Assembly (NCBI GenBank): GCA_965202905.1
Contig: OZ241868.1
Span: forward strand, 2,848,040 to 2,912,039
Source: Alphaproteobacteria bacterium
Lineage (GTDB): Bacteria > Pseudomonadota > Alphaproteobacteria > MPNO01
Length of the DNA stretch: 64,000 bases
Direction: 5' to 3'
The notes beneath the pieces were generated by a model that saw nothing but the letters and a program-made list of their open reading frames with translations, made no database searches and was not told where the DNA came from. Shown here in pieces: positions 29,113 to 38,825 of the stretch. The first letter of the stretch is position 1. Each line of letters begins with the position of its first letter. The position numbers were made by a program, and so were the translations under genes.

Positions 29113-30902
29113 TCTCGGGCTTTTACGCGCGGCGGGGCGGCGGGGCGGCGGCGGCCTCCCCGGCGGATGCCGGCCAGCTTCGGCCGGACCCGGCGGTCGG
29201 CCTGTCGGGTGCGGAGGACCTGCGGTCGGAGGACCGTGAGGCCGGGCTGACGGTGGTGGCGGATTGCCGCCTCGACGACCGGGCCGCCCTGGCGGGCGCG
29301 CTCGGCCTGCGCGACGTGGAGTCGCTGTCCGACAGCGCGCTCATCCTGGGGGCGTATGCGCGCTGGGGGCGCGACTGCCCGTCGCATCTGTTCGGCGACT
29401 ACGCGTTCGCGGTGTGGGATGCCCGCCGTCGCACCCTGTTTTGCGCCCGTGACCATGTCGGCGCGCGCGCCTTCCACTACGCGCTGACCGCCGAGCGGTT
29501 CGTCTTCGGGAGCGCCGTCGGGTCGGTGCTCGCCGCGCCCGGCGTGCCGGACGCGCTGGACGAGGAGGTGGTGGCGGGGCTGCTGTCGCCGAAGGTCCGG
29601 ATGCCGGTGGATCGCAGTTGTTTCCGGGCCGTGAAGCGGCTGTCGCCGGGCCATATGCTGGCCGTGGAGCCGGAGTCGTTGCGCATCGAGCGCTGGTGGC
29701 GGCCGGAGGCCGCACCGTCGGTCGCGCCGACCTCGGACGACGACCGTTCGCAGACCTTTCTCGCGCTGTACCGGCAGGCGGTGGGGGACTGCCTGCGCGG
29801 GGCTGCGGCGGGGTCGGTGGGGACGCATTTGAGCGGCGGTCTGGATTCGTCGAGCATCACGGTGCTTGCGGCCGAGGAGTTGCGCCGCCGGGGGGAGCCG
29901 CCGCCGACGGCGTTCGCGTGGCAGCCGGCGCCGCCGTCGGGGACGGCCGGGGAGGATGATGCGAACGCCGACGAGTATCGCCTCGTCGAGGCGACGGCGA
30001 GCCGGGCGGAGACGCCGTTGGTCTGGTGCGCGCCCACCGGGGCCGATGTGGAAGCGTGGCTGCGCCAGGACGGGGCACGGGAGTGCAGCAGCGATACGCT
30101 GCTGCACGAGATGTCGGTCCAGCGGGCTGCGGCGGCGCGCGGGGTGCGTCGGATACTCTCGGGCTGGGGTGGCGATGAATGCGCGTCCTACGGCGGTCGC
30201 GGCTATTACCAGGAACTGCTGCTCGGCGGTCGCTTCATCCGGCTGTGGCGGGCGCTTCGCGCGCGCCGGTCTTCTGCGAAGAACGCCCTGTCGGCGGTCG
30301 TTCTGCCCTTGCTGCCGTTCGGGATGGAACTCGCCGTCCGTCGCGCTTTGGATTCGGAGCGCACCGCGCCGCCTCCGCAGCGCTCTTTCGCGCATCCGGA
30401 TCTCGCGCGTCGGTTCAAGCTGCGCCAGCCCGACCTCGGGACGAGAGGCGTTCGGCAGAGGCAGTGTAGCCTGATCGGGCAGGGTCATCTGTGCGAGCGC
30501 ATGGAAGGTTGGGCGCTGGAGGGGTCGCGTCGCGGCATCGAGTACGGCTACCCGCTATTGGACCGTCGTCTGATGGAGTTCGTCCTGGGGCTGCCGCCGG
30601 AGCAGTTTCGTCAGGGGCGCTGGAGCCGCTGGGTGATGCGCCACGCCCTTCGCACGGTGCTGCCGCCGGAGGTGTGCTGGTACACCGACAAGCGTGATCC
30701 GGTGCGTTTCGCGGGTTTTCGGGGGAGCGTGATCGAGACGCTGCCGGTGCTCCACCGCGAGTTGGCCGGTCGCGCGGCGGCGCCCTCGCGGGCGCGCTAT
30801 GTCGACATGCCGCATTTGCTGACCTGCCTGGAGGATGGCTGGCCGGCCGGGGAACCCTTTGCCTACCGGGCGCTCACGGCGATGCGGTTTCTCGACTTCT
30901 GA
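29109..30902 (+). CDS. Asparagine-synthetase-like lasso cyclase (C protein)
   Basis: LSGGLDSSS, SGWGGDE, YPLLDRRL; lacks the N-terminal catalytic Cys of glutamine-dependent AsnB; overlaps the sulfotransferase stop. Confidence 0.85.
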   Translation: MISGFYARRGGGAAAASPADAGQLRPDPAVGLSGAEDLRSEDREAGLTVVADCRLDDRAALAGALGLRDVESLSDSALILGAYARWGRDCPSHLFGDYAFAVWDARRRTLFCARDHVGARAFHYALTAERFVFGSAVGSVLAAPGVPDALDEEVVAGLLSPKVRMPVDRSCFRAVKRLSPGHMLAVEPESLRIERWWRPEAAPSVAPTSDDDRSQTFLALYRQAVGDCLRGAAAGSVGTHLSGGLDSSSITVLAAEELRRRGEPPPTAFAWQPAPPSGTAGEDDANADEYRLVEATASRAETPLVWCAPTGADVEAWLRQDGARECSSDTLLHEMSVQRAAAARGVRRILSGWGGDECASYGGRGYYQELLLGGRFIRLWRALRARRSSAKNALSAVVLPLLPFGMELAVRRALDSERTAPPPQRSFAHPDLARRFKLRQPDLGTRGVRQRQCSLIGQGHLCERMEGWALEGSRRGIEYGYPLLDRRLMEFVLGLPPEQFRQGRWSRWVMRHALRTVLPPEVCWYTDKRDPVRFAGFRGSVIETLPVLHRELAGRAAAPSRARYVDMPHLLTCLEDGWPAGEPFAYRALTAMRFLDF

Positions 30903-31162
30903 GGCTTTCCATTCCCTCTGAAGTTGAAGTCGGTCGGGCGGGCGTTGGGCAGGATGAGACCGTGCGCCGACCGTGCGCCGGATGCGGATCGTCGAGAAAC
31001 GAAAGTCGCTTTCGGTCCGGAGCGGCGGACGCTTCGCCGCCGCTCCATTCCGGGCCGCCCGGTGTTCGGGGCGCGGCGCCGCGCCGACGGAAGCAGGCTG
31101 CAACGCCACGCCTGACCGGTTGCGGACGGGCGCCGCCCGGTCGGCTGTACGGCGAATTCATG

Positions 31163-31191
31163 TTGACCGGCAGGCCGCCGGTAAGTACGAT
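31163..31191 (+). promoter_or_regulatory. Sigma70-type promoter (cassette copy B) upstream of precursor 3
   Basis: TTGACC-17 nt-TACGAT; RBS GGGAG before ATG 31282. Confidence 0.6.
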
Positions 31192-31281
31192 CGGCGCGTG
31201 TCGAAGGTGGATCGCTCACAGGCGGCCGACGGCGCGATACGGCGCGACAGCGCCCGACTCTTGAACTCAGGGAGTGAAAAC

Positions 31282-31451
31282 ATGACCAGCCATCGAGACG
31301 CCCTTGTACCCCCCCCCCCCCGCAGGATGAGGCGCGGGAACGCTGGACCCGGCCGATGATCCGCGAACTGGGCCGCGTCCAGAGGACGCATAGCGGCTCT
31401 GGCACTGGTGTAGTTGAGAATAGCGAATATTTCAACATCGACGCGTCGTGA
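31282..31451 (+). pseudogene. Lasso peptide precursor 3, frameshifted at a poly-C tract
   Basis: MTSHRDALV-[C13]-QDEARERWTRPMIRELGRVQRTH|SGSGTGVVENSEYFNIDAS; in frame only with C11 or C14. Confidence 0.8.
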
Positions 31452-31758
31452 CGCACGGCCGCCGTCACTCTGCGGAGAGCGCGGCGCCGGGGCTTGGCGC
31501 TACGGGTTCTACGCCGGACAGGCGTTGGACGCCGATGCCCTGATGGCCCTCAACCGACGGATCGACGCCTTTGCCGATGCGTTCGATGTCTTCAGACCCC
31601 ACTAGGCCCTCGGCAGACATCCCCCCGAGAGTATTTCGACCGACGCGCAGCCGACCGGAACCCTCCCGCCTCAATAATCCTGAACCCGGACGCCCCCCTT
31701 TGACTGCGGCTCACGCTGTCTTATTATGGCGCGAATCGAAAGGGAGGGCCGGCCGCTC

Positions 31759-32868
31759 GTGCAGCAAATCGATTACGCATCCAGCGCTTGTCCGGTGCGC
31801 GAGGATTTGATCGCCGCCCAGCGCACGGCGTGGCGGCGCCTTGCCGGGCCGGGGGCCTTCCTCGACGGTGCGCGCCGCGTGGCGGTCGCCCGCGAGGTGC
31901 GCAACGCGCCGTCCTGCGCGTTGTGCCGGCGCCGAAAGGAGGCGCTCTCGCCGTTTGCCGTGGACGGCGCCCATGACGGCCTGGGCGAGCTCGGCGAGAC
32001 CGAAATCGACGCCATCCACCGGATCGTCACCGATCCCGGCCGGCTCAGCCGCGAGTGGGTCGAGGGCCTGCTCGCCGCCGGGCTCGACGACCGGGAATAC
32101 ATCGAGATCGTCAGCGTCATCTGTGTCGTGACGGTCAACGACACCTTCCGCCGCGCGCTCGACCTGCCGCCGTTCGAACTGCCGGAGCCGGCCGCGGGCG
32201 CGCCGTCGGGCTATAGCGCGCCGGGCGCCAAGGCACATGACGGCTGGATCCGCTTGCTCGTTCCGGAGGATGTCGTCCCCGGCGACGGCGCGGTTTACAG
32301 CACGCTTGCGGTCTCGCCGGTGGTCAAGGCGCTGTCGCTGGTCCCCGAGGCCAAGCGGCATTACTGGGACCTCGCCGAGACGATGTACCTGCCCGGCGAA
32401 GAGATGCCCAACTTCGCAACCGGGATCAGGGCCATCGACCGTGTGCAGATGGAGATCCTCGCCACGAGAGTCTCCGCGCTCCATCAATGCGTCTACTGAA
32501 CCGGCTCCCATGCATTCATGCTCCGTGAGAGCATCCGGACTTCCGGGACCGCGTTCGATCTGCGCGCCGCGATGGGCCGGGCGCGCGGCGACGGCGGGGT
32601 CGAGAGCGGCCAGAACCTCGCCGACTTCGCCGAGGCGATCACGCTGCAAGACCGCGCCCGGACGGCCGGGCTACGCGATGTCCTGGCGCGCGAGCTGGGG
32701 GTGGAAGCCATGGTCGACGCCGCCGCTGTCGCTTCGGTGTTCCACGGCTTTGTCCGGGTCGCGGACTCGACGGGCGCGCCGCCGGCGGGCGCTTCGGGCG
32801 GCCGGGTGACGATGGAGTTCCGTGAGGAGCTTGGGATCAACGCGTTCTTCGGCGCCGCGCACCGCTAG
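31759..32868 (+). CDS. AhpD-like alkylhydroperoxidase-related selenoprotein (CxxU, UGA at 32497-32499)
   Basis: [24 protein letters not shown] continues in frame into ORF 32518..32868; hairpin ATGCTC-CGTGA-GAGCAT downstream. Confidence 0.82.
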
Positions 32869-32869
32869 G

Positions 32870-33976
32870 GTGGACGACGTGCGGTCGGTTATTCGCGACC
32901 GCGCGCTGGCTCTGGGGTTCGACGCGGCAGGCTTCGCGCAAGCCGCGCCCGGCGGGACCGCCCGGCGCGACCTCGCCGCGTTCCTCGCCAAGGGCTATCA
33001 CGGCGACATGGGCTGGATGGCCACGACCGCCGAACGGCGCTGCGATCCGCAAACGCTGTGGCCGGAGGCGAAAAGCGCGATCGTCGTCGGGCTCAACTAC
33101 GGTCCCGCCGAAGATCCCCTGGCGATTCTCGACCGGCCGGCCCGCGGGGCCGTCTCGGTCTATGCCCAGGGGCGCGACTATCACGATGTGGTTGGCAAGC
33201 GGCTGCGCGCGCTGGCGCGCTGGATCCACGAAAGCTTCGCCTGCGAGGTAAAACTGTTCGTCGACACCGCCCCGGTGATGGAAAAGCCGCTCGCCGGGCG
33301 CGCCGGGCTGGGCTGGCAGGGTAAGCACACCAACCTGGTCTCGCGCACGCATGGCTCCTGGCTGTTCCTGGGCGAGATCCTGACAACGCTGGCGCTCGCG
33401 CCCGACGCGCCGGAAGCCGACCGCTGCGGCGTCTGCCGGCGCTGTCTCGATGTGTGCCCGACCGACGCCTTCCCCGCGCCCTACCGGCTCGACGCGCGGC
33501 GCTGCATCTCGTACCTGACCATCGAGCACAAGGGCCATATCGCCGCCGGGTTCCGCAACGCCATCGGCAACCGGATCTACGGCTGCGACGACTGCCTGGC
33601 GGTCTGCCCGTGGAACAAGTTCGCGAACCGCGCGGCCGAGCCGGATCTGCGGCCGCGGATCGAGCTCGCCGCGCCGCGCCTGGAGGCGCTTTCCGCCCTC
33701 GACGACGCCGGCTTCCGCCGGGTCTTCTCCGGCTCGGCGATCAAGCGGCTCGGGCGCGACCGGTTCGTGCGCAACGTGCTGATCGCGATCGGCAATTCCG
33801 GGAATGTCGCGCTTGCGCCGAGCGCGGAGCGGCGGTTGGGCGACGACTCGCCGCTGGTCCGGGCGATGGCGGTCTGGGCGCTGTCCCGTCTGCTGCCGCC
33901 GGCCGATTTTGGGCGCCTGCGCAGCCGTCGCCTGCCGGGCGAAACCGATCCCGATGTCCGCGGCGAATGGCGATAG
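32870..33976 (+). CDS. queG: Epoxyqueuosine reductase
   Basis: [56 protein letters not shown]. Confidence 0.93.
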   Translation: MDDVRSVIRDRALALGFDAAGFAQAAPGGTARRDLAAFLAKGYHGDMGWMATTAERRCDPQTLWPEAKSAIVVGLNYGPAEDPLAILDRPARGAVSVYAQGRDYHDVVGKRLRALARWIHESFACEVKLFVDTAPVMEKPLAGRAGLGWQGKHTNLVSRTHGSWLFLGEILTTLALAPDAPEADRCGVCRRCLDVCPTDAFPAPYRLDARRCISYLTIEHKGHIAAGFRNAIGNRIYGCDDCLAVCPWNKFANRAAEPDLRPRIELAAPRLEALSALDDAGFRRVFSGSAIKRLGRDRFVRNVLIAIGNSGNVALAPSAERRLGDDSPLVRAMAVWALSRLLPPADFGRLRSRRLPGETDPDVRGEWR

Positions 33977-33986
33977 GATCGCGGTC

Positions 33987-34985
33987 ATGGCGCCGACTCG
34001 CGACAGAATCGACCGGCGGCTCTCGGTAGCGCCGATGATGGACCGGACCGACCGGCATGAGCGGTATTTGCTGCGGCTGATCGCGCGGCCGGCGCTGCTC
34101 TACACCGAGATGATTCCGACGGCGGCGATCCTGCGCGGCGACCGCCGGCGATTCCTCGATTTCGACGCCGCCGAACATCCGGTCGCGCTGCAACTCGGCG
34201 GCGGCGACCCCGAGGCGCTCGCCGAGTGCTGCCGGATCGCCGAGGGTTGGGGTTACGACGAGGTGAACCTCAATCTCGGCTGCCCGAGCCAGCGGGTCGG
34301 CCGGGCCCGCTTCGGCGCCTGGCTGATGGCCGAGCCCGATCTGGCCGCGCGCTGCGCCGAGTCCATGCGCCGGACGACAACGCTGCCGGTAACGGTCAAG
34401 ACGCGCATCGGCATCGACGAGACCGACGACTACGAGCACTTCGCCCGCTTCGTCGACGCCATCGCCGAAATCGGCGTCGATGTCTTCGTCATTCACGCCC
34501 GCAAAGCGATTCTTACCGGCCTCAGCCCGAAGGAGAACCGGGAGATCCCGCCGCTGCGCTACGAGATGGTCCACCGGCTGAAGGCCGACAGACCGGCGCT
34601 GACGGTGATCGTCAACGGCGGCTTGCGCACCGCGCGGGACGCGCTCGCCCAACTCGGCCCGACCGACGGCGTCATGCTCGGCCGGGCGGCTTACGAGACC
34701 CCCTATGTCCTGGCCGAAATCGTATCGGCCCTTTGGCCTGACATCGCCCCGCCGCCGCGCGAAGCCGTGCTCGAGGCTTATGCCGGGTACGCCGCCCGCC
34801 GGCTCGCCGAAGGCGTGCCGCTGTGGCGCATGACCCGTCACCTGCCCGGTCTCTACCAGGGCGCGCCCGGCGCGCGCGCCTGGCGCCGCGCGCTCGCCGA
34901 GGGCGCCCGCCGTCCCGGCGCCGGCGCCGGCCTGATCCGCCAGGCCGCCCGCCTGATCGAGGCCGCGGACCCGACCGCGGCGTGA
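33987..34985 (+). CDS. dusA: tRNA dihydrouridine(20/20a) synthase
   Basis: SVAPMMD, LYTEM, EHPVALQLGG, NLNLGCPS, GLSPKENREIPPLRY. Confidence 0.92.
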   Translation: MAPTRDRIDRRLSVAPMMDRTDRHERYLLRLIARPALLYTEMIPTAAILRGDRRRFLDFDAAEHPVALQLGGGDPEALAECCRIAEGWGYDEVNLNLGCPSQRVGRARFGAWLMAEPDLAARCAESMRRTTTLPVTVKTRIGIDETDDYEHFARFVDAIAEIGVDVFVIHARKAILTGLSPKENREIPPLRYEMVHRLKADRPALTVIVNGGLRTARDALAQLGPTDGVMLGRAAYETPYVLAEIVSALWPDIAPPPREAVLEAYAGYAARRLAEGVPLWRMTRHLPGLYQGAPGARAWRRALAEGARRPGAGAGLIRQAARLIEAADPTAA

Positions 34986-35061
34986 AAACCGCGGCGAGGT
35001 CAACGGACCGACGCGGGCGATCGGCTCGTTGTCTTCGCGCGAAAGCATGCCGCCCCTCCGG

Positions 35062-35820
35062 TCAGTGCAGCTCCATCAGGCGGCCGAAGCCGGGCGTCCG
35101 GTCGGCGATGCCGTTGTGGCGCAGCGCATGCCAGTAGGTCGCGGTCATCACCGCGATCACCGGCTTGCCGAGCCAGCGCTCGGCTTCGGCCGCGACATAG
35201 GCCATCGGCAGGTTCGCGCCGAACTGGACGATCGCATCGATGTCGGCGCCGTCGACCTTGCGCACCGCCTCGCGCAGCGCGTCCTCGGAGATGTGGGCGA
35301 TGTTGACCGGGCTGTCGCAGGCCAGGCATTCGGTGCGAACCAGCTCGTAGCCGGTCTCCTCGGCGAACGCTTCCAGGTGGCCGATCGCGACGGGGTAGTA
35401 GGGACAGACGATCGCGATCCGCCTGATGTCTTCGCCACAGGCCCTGAGCGCGGCGGGCAGGGCGTCTGCGGCCTGGGTCACGCCGATGTCCAGCCCGGCG
35501 CGATCCTTGATCCGCCGCTCGATCTTGCGGGCCGGCTCCAGCCCGCCGCCCCAGATGCTCTCGGCCGAGATCCCGAGTATCAGATGGTCCGGGCGGCAGG
35601 TCATCACCCGGTCGATCGATTCCTCCAGCGCCACGTCGATGCGCCGGATGAGCTCGTCGAAATCCGCATCCGAGCCGATCGGATCGTCCGGGATATGCAT
35701 GCGCGAGATGTGGTTGGTCACCCCCTTGGGCGCCATCGCGTCGTAATGCGGCTGGACGATCGTGTTGGTGGACGGGGTGACGACCCCGAATTTCATGCGC
35801 CAGGCCCAGGCGTCGACCAT
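35062..35820 (-). CDS. Asp/Glu racemase superfamily protein (maleate isomerase/arylmalonate decarboxylase-like)
   Basis: FGVVTPSTNT.VQP, IAIVCPY, KPVIAV..ATYWHALR. Confidence 0.8.
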   Translation of the reverse strand: MVDAWAWRMKFGVVTPSTNTIVQPHYDAMAPKGVTNHISRMHIPDDPIGSDADFDELIRRIDVALEESIDRVMTCRPDHLILGISAESIWGGGLEPARKIERRIKDRAGLDIGVTQAADALPAALRACGEDIRRIAIVCPYYPVAIGHLEAFAEETGYELVRTECLACDSPVNIAHISEDALREAVRKVDGADIDAIVQFGANLPMAYVAAEAERWLGKPVIAVMTATYWHALRHNGIADRTPGFGRLMELH

Positions 35821-36049
35821 GGATGTCCTCCTCCCCCTCGGCGAACGTTACCCGGCGCAACGCCGACCGCGCCGGATCCCGCCGGTCGCGGTCCTCGGCG
35901 GGTCGTCGACGACCTCGACCGCGTGCGGCTTCATGATCCCCGCCTCCGCGGCGACTATGCGGCGACTATAAGGCGACCATAACAAGCCGCACGGCCCCGA
36001 TCCATGCCGCCCGATCCATGCCGCCCGATCCATGCCGAAGGAGCCCGCC

Positions 36050-36415
36050 ATGCACGCCGAGCACAGCCTGACCGAGATCGCCGGGCGCATCCTGGTCGGC
36101 GGCTATTTCCTGATCATGCTGTGGAAGAACCTCCGGCTCTACGCCTGGAACGTCGAGCGCATGGGCGCGAACGGCGTGCCGTTCCCGGAAATCGTGCTGC
36201 CGGCGGGTTTCGCGGTCCAGTTCGTCGGCGCAATGATGGTGCTGATCGACTACCGGACCGGGATCGGCGTGACCCTGCTGCTGGTCTTCACCTTCGTTGC
36301 GACGGCGATCTTCCACCGCTATTGGCGGATGGACGATCCGGTGCGGCGCAACTACCACATGCTTCTGGGCCTCAACAACATGGGCCTGACCGGCGGGCTG
36401 CTGCTGCTCTTCTGA
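36050..36415 (+). CDS. DoxX family membrane protein
   Basis: Hydrophobic; FTFVATAIFHRYW, NMGLTGGLLL. Confidence 0.82.
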   Translation: MHAEHSLTEIAGRILVGGYFLIMLWKNLRLYAWNVERMGANGVPFPEIVLPAGFAVQFVGAMMVLIDYRTGIGVTLLLVFTFVATAIFHRYWRMDDPVRRNYHMLLGLNNMGLTGGLLLLF

Positions 36416-36485
36416 GCCGGTCCGCACGCCCGTTGACGCTTCCCGGCCCAATGACAATCATGCGGGTCGAACCCAGGGAGGCGGA

Positions 36486-38825
36486 ATGAGCGAAAAGGGG
36501 ATCGGGGCCAGCGTACTCCGCAAGGAGGATGGGCGCTTCATGACCGGGCGCGGCAACTACGTTGCCGACATCGCGGCGGCCAACATGGTCGATATCGCCT
36601 TCGTGCGCAGCCCGGTCGCCCATGGCCGCGTCATCGGCGTGACCAGGCCGCCGGGCGCCGGGAACCGGGTGCTGACGGCGGCGGACCTGACCGGCGTCGA
36701 GCCGATGCGGGCACCCTCCAGGCTGCCGGGCTACAAGGCCTCGGACTATCCGGCGCTCGCCACCGGCAAGGTGCGTTTCGTGGGCGAGCCGGTGGTGGCC
36801 TGCGTCGCCGAAACCCGCGCGGAAGCCGAGGATCTCGCCCAGGCGGTCGAGGTCGAATACGACGAATTGCCGCCGGTCGTCGACATGCTGGAGGCCCGCG
36901 CGCCCGACGCGCCGCTGGTGCATGAGGCCTGGGGCGACAACGTGGTTCTGGAGACCCGCATCGACGGCGACATGGACGATGCGATCGCCCGCGCCGCCCA
37001 CTCGGTGACGCGCGAGGTCCGGATGAGCCGGCAGGCGATGGTGCCGATGGAGGCGCGGGCGGTGCTCGCCCAATGGGACCACCGGATGGACCAGCTCGTC
37101 GTCTACACCTCGACCCAGGTGCCGCATTTGATCCGCTCCGGGCTCGCGATGTTCCTCGGGCTGGAGCAGCGCCGGGTCCGGGTGATCGCGCCCGATGTCG
37201 GCGGCGGGTTCGGGCTGAAATGCTATGTCCAGCCCGAGGAGCTGGTGGCATCCTGGTGCGCGATCGCCATGAACCGGCCGGCGCGCTGGATCGAGGATCG
37301 GCGCGAGCACCTGATCGCCGACGCCAACTGCCGCGAGCACCACTACCGGATCACTGCGCACGCCGACGAGACCGGCAGGATCCTGGGGATCGAGGGCGAG
37401 ATCACCGTCGATGCCGGCGCCTACTCGATCTACCCGTTCACCAACTGCCTGGAAGCCGCGATGGCCGGCGGCAATTTGTTGGGCCCCTATGCGATCGGCG
37501 CCTACCGGGCGAAGACCTGCACCGTGGCGACCAACAAGCCGCCGCTGGTGCCCTATCGCGGCGTCGCGCGGCCCGGCGCAGCGTTCGCGATGGAGACGCT
37601 CATCGATGCGGTGGCGCAGACCGTCGGGCGCGAGCCGCACGAGCTTCGCATCGACAACATGGTGCCGGCATCGGCCATGCCGTTCACCAACGCCGCCCGC
37701 AAGACCTTCGATTCCGGCGACTATCCGCTGGCCGTCGCCAAGGTCGCCGCGATGATCGACGTCGAGGCCGTCCGCGCGCGCCAGCGCCAGGGAGAGCCGG
37801 ATGGCAGGGTGATCGGGCTGGGCTTCGGCAGCTATACCGAGCAGACCGCGCACGGCACCTCGGTGTTTGCGAGCTGGGGCGTTCAGATGGTGCCGGGTTA
37901 CGAACAGGCCGGCGCCAGGCTGACCCCGGACGGCGGGCTGGAGCTCAAGGTCGGCGTCCAGAGCCACGGCCAGGGGATGGAGACCACGCTCGCCCAGATC
38001 GCCTGCGAGGTCCTGGGCATCGACCCCGCCAACGTCTCGGTCGTCCACGGCGATACCGGGGTGACGCCCTATTCGACGGGCACCTACGCCTCGCGCTCGA
38101 TCGTCATGGCGGGCGGCGCGGTCTCGCGCGCCTGCAAGGTCCTGGCCGAGCGGATGGCGACGATCGGCGCCCACCTGATGCAGTGCGAGCGTGACCAGGT
38201 CGTCGTCGCCGGCGGCGTCGTGTCGGGACCGGCCGGCGAGGTGCCGTTCTCCGAGATCGGCCGGGTCTGGTACATGAACCCCGAGGAGCTTCCGGGGGAC
38301 GTCGACATGGGCGGGGTCGAGGCGGTCATGGGCTACCGGCCCGATCCCGACCACGGCACCTTCTCGTACTCGACCCACGCCGTGGTGATCGCGCTCGACC
38401 CCGAGACCGGCGCGGTCGAGGTGCTCGATTACGCGGTCGTCGAGGATTGCGGCGCGATGGTCAATCCGATGGTGGTCAGCGGCCAGTGCCATGGCGGCGC
38501 GGCTCAGGGGATCGGCACCGCCCTGTTCGAGGAATCGCCGTTCGATTCGGCCGGCCAGCCGCTCGCTTCGACATTCGCCGACTATCACCTGCCGGGCGCC
38601 TCGGAGGTGCCGGCGATCCGCATCGAGCACATGATCACCCCCTCGCCGCATACCGAGTTCGGGCTGAAGGGGGTCGGCGAGGGCGGCACGATCCCGACCC
38701 CGGGCGCGATCGCGAATGCGGTCAACGACGCGCTCAGCGCCTTCGGGGCGGAGGTCGACCGGACGCCCATCACGCCGCGCCGCATCCTGGCGGCGATCGC
38801 GGCGGCACAAGGGGAGGCGGCATGA
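36486..38825 (+). CDS. Xanthine dehydrogenase-family molybdopterin-binding large subunit
   Basis: RKEDGRFMTG.G.Y, DVGGGFGLK, PYRGVARP, SHGQG, GTYASRS, KGVGEGG. Confidence 0.92.
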   Translation: MSEKGIGASVLRKEDGRFMTGRGNYVADIAAANMVDIAFVRSPVAHGRVIGVTRPPGAGNRVLTAADLTGVEPMRAPSRLPGYKASDYPALATGKVRFVGEPVVACVAETRAEAEDLAQAVEVEYDELPPVVDMLEARAPDAPLVHEAWGDNVVLETRIDGDMDDAIARAAHSVTREVRMSRQAMVPMEARAVLAQWDHRMDQLVVYTSTQVPHLIRSGLAMFLGLEQRRVRVIAPDVGGGFGLKCYVQPEELVASWCAIAMNRPARWIEDRREHLIADANCREHHYRITAHADETGRILGIEGEITVDAGAYSIYPFTNCLEAAMAGGNLLGPYAIGAYRAKTCTVATNKPPLVPYRGVARPGAAFAMETLIDAVAQTVGREPHELRIDNMVPASAMPFTNAARKTFDSGDYPLAVAKVAAMIDVEAVRARQRQGEPDGRVIGLGFGSYTEQTAHGTSVFASWGVQMVPGYEQAGARLTPDGGLELKVGVQSHGQGMETTLAQIACEVLGIDPANVSVVHGDTGVTPYSTGTYASRSIVMAGGAVSRACKVLAERMATIGAHLMQCERDQVVVAGGVVSGPAGEVPFSEIGRVWYMNPEELPGDVDMGGVEAVMGYRPDPDHGTFSYSTHAVVIALDPETGAVEVLDYAVVEDCGAMVNPMVVSGQCHGGAAQGIGTALFEESPFDSAGQPLASTFADYHLPGASEVPAIRIEHMITPSPHTEFGLKGVGEGGTIPTPGAIANAVNDALSAFGAEVDRTPITPRRILAAIAAAQGEAA

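Noticed and set aside
29109-30902. Metabolic asparagine synthetase AsnB
   Set aside because: No N-terminal catalytic Cys and a reduced glutaminase domain; it is flanked by an RRE, a kinase and lasso-type precursors.
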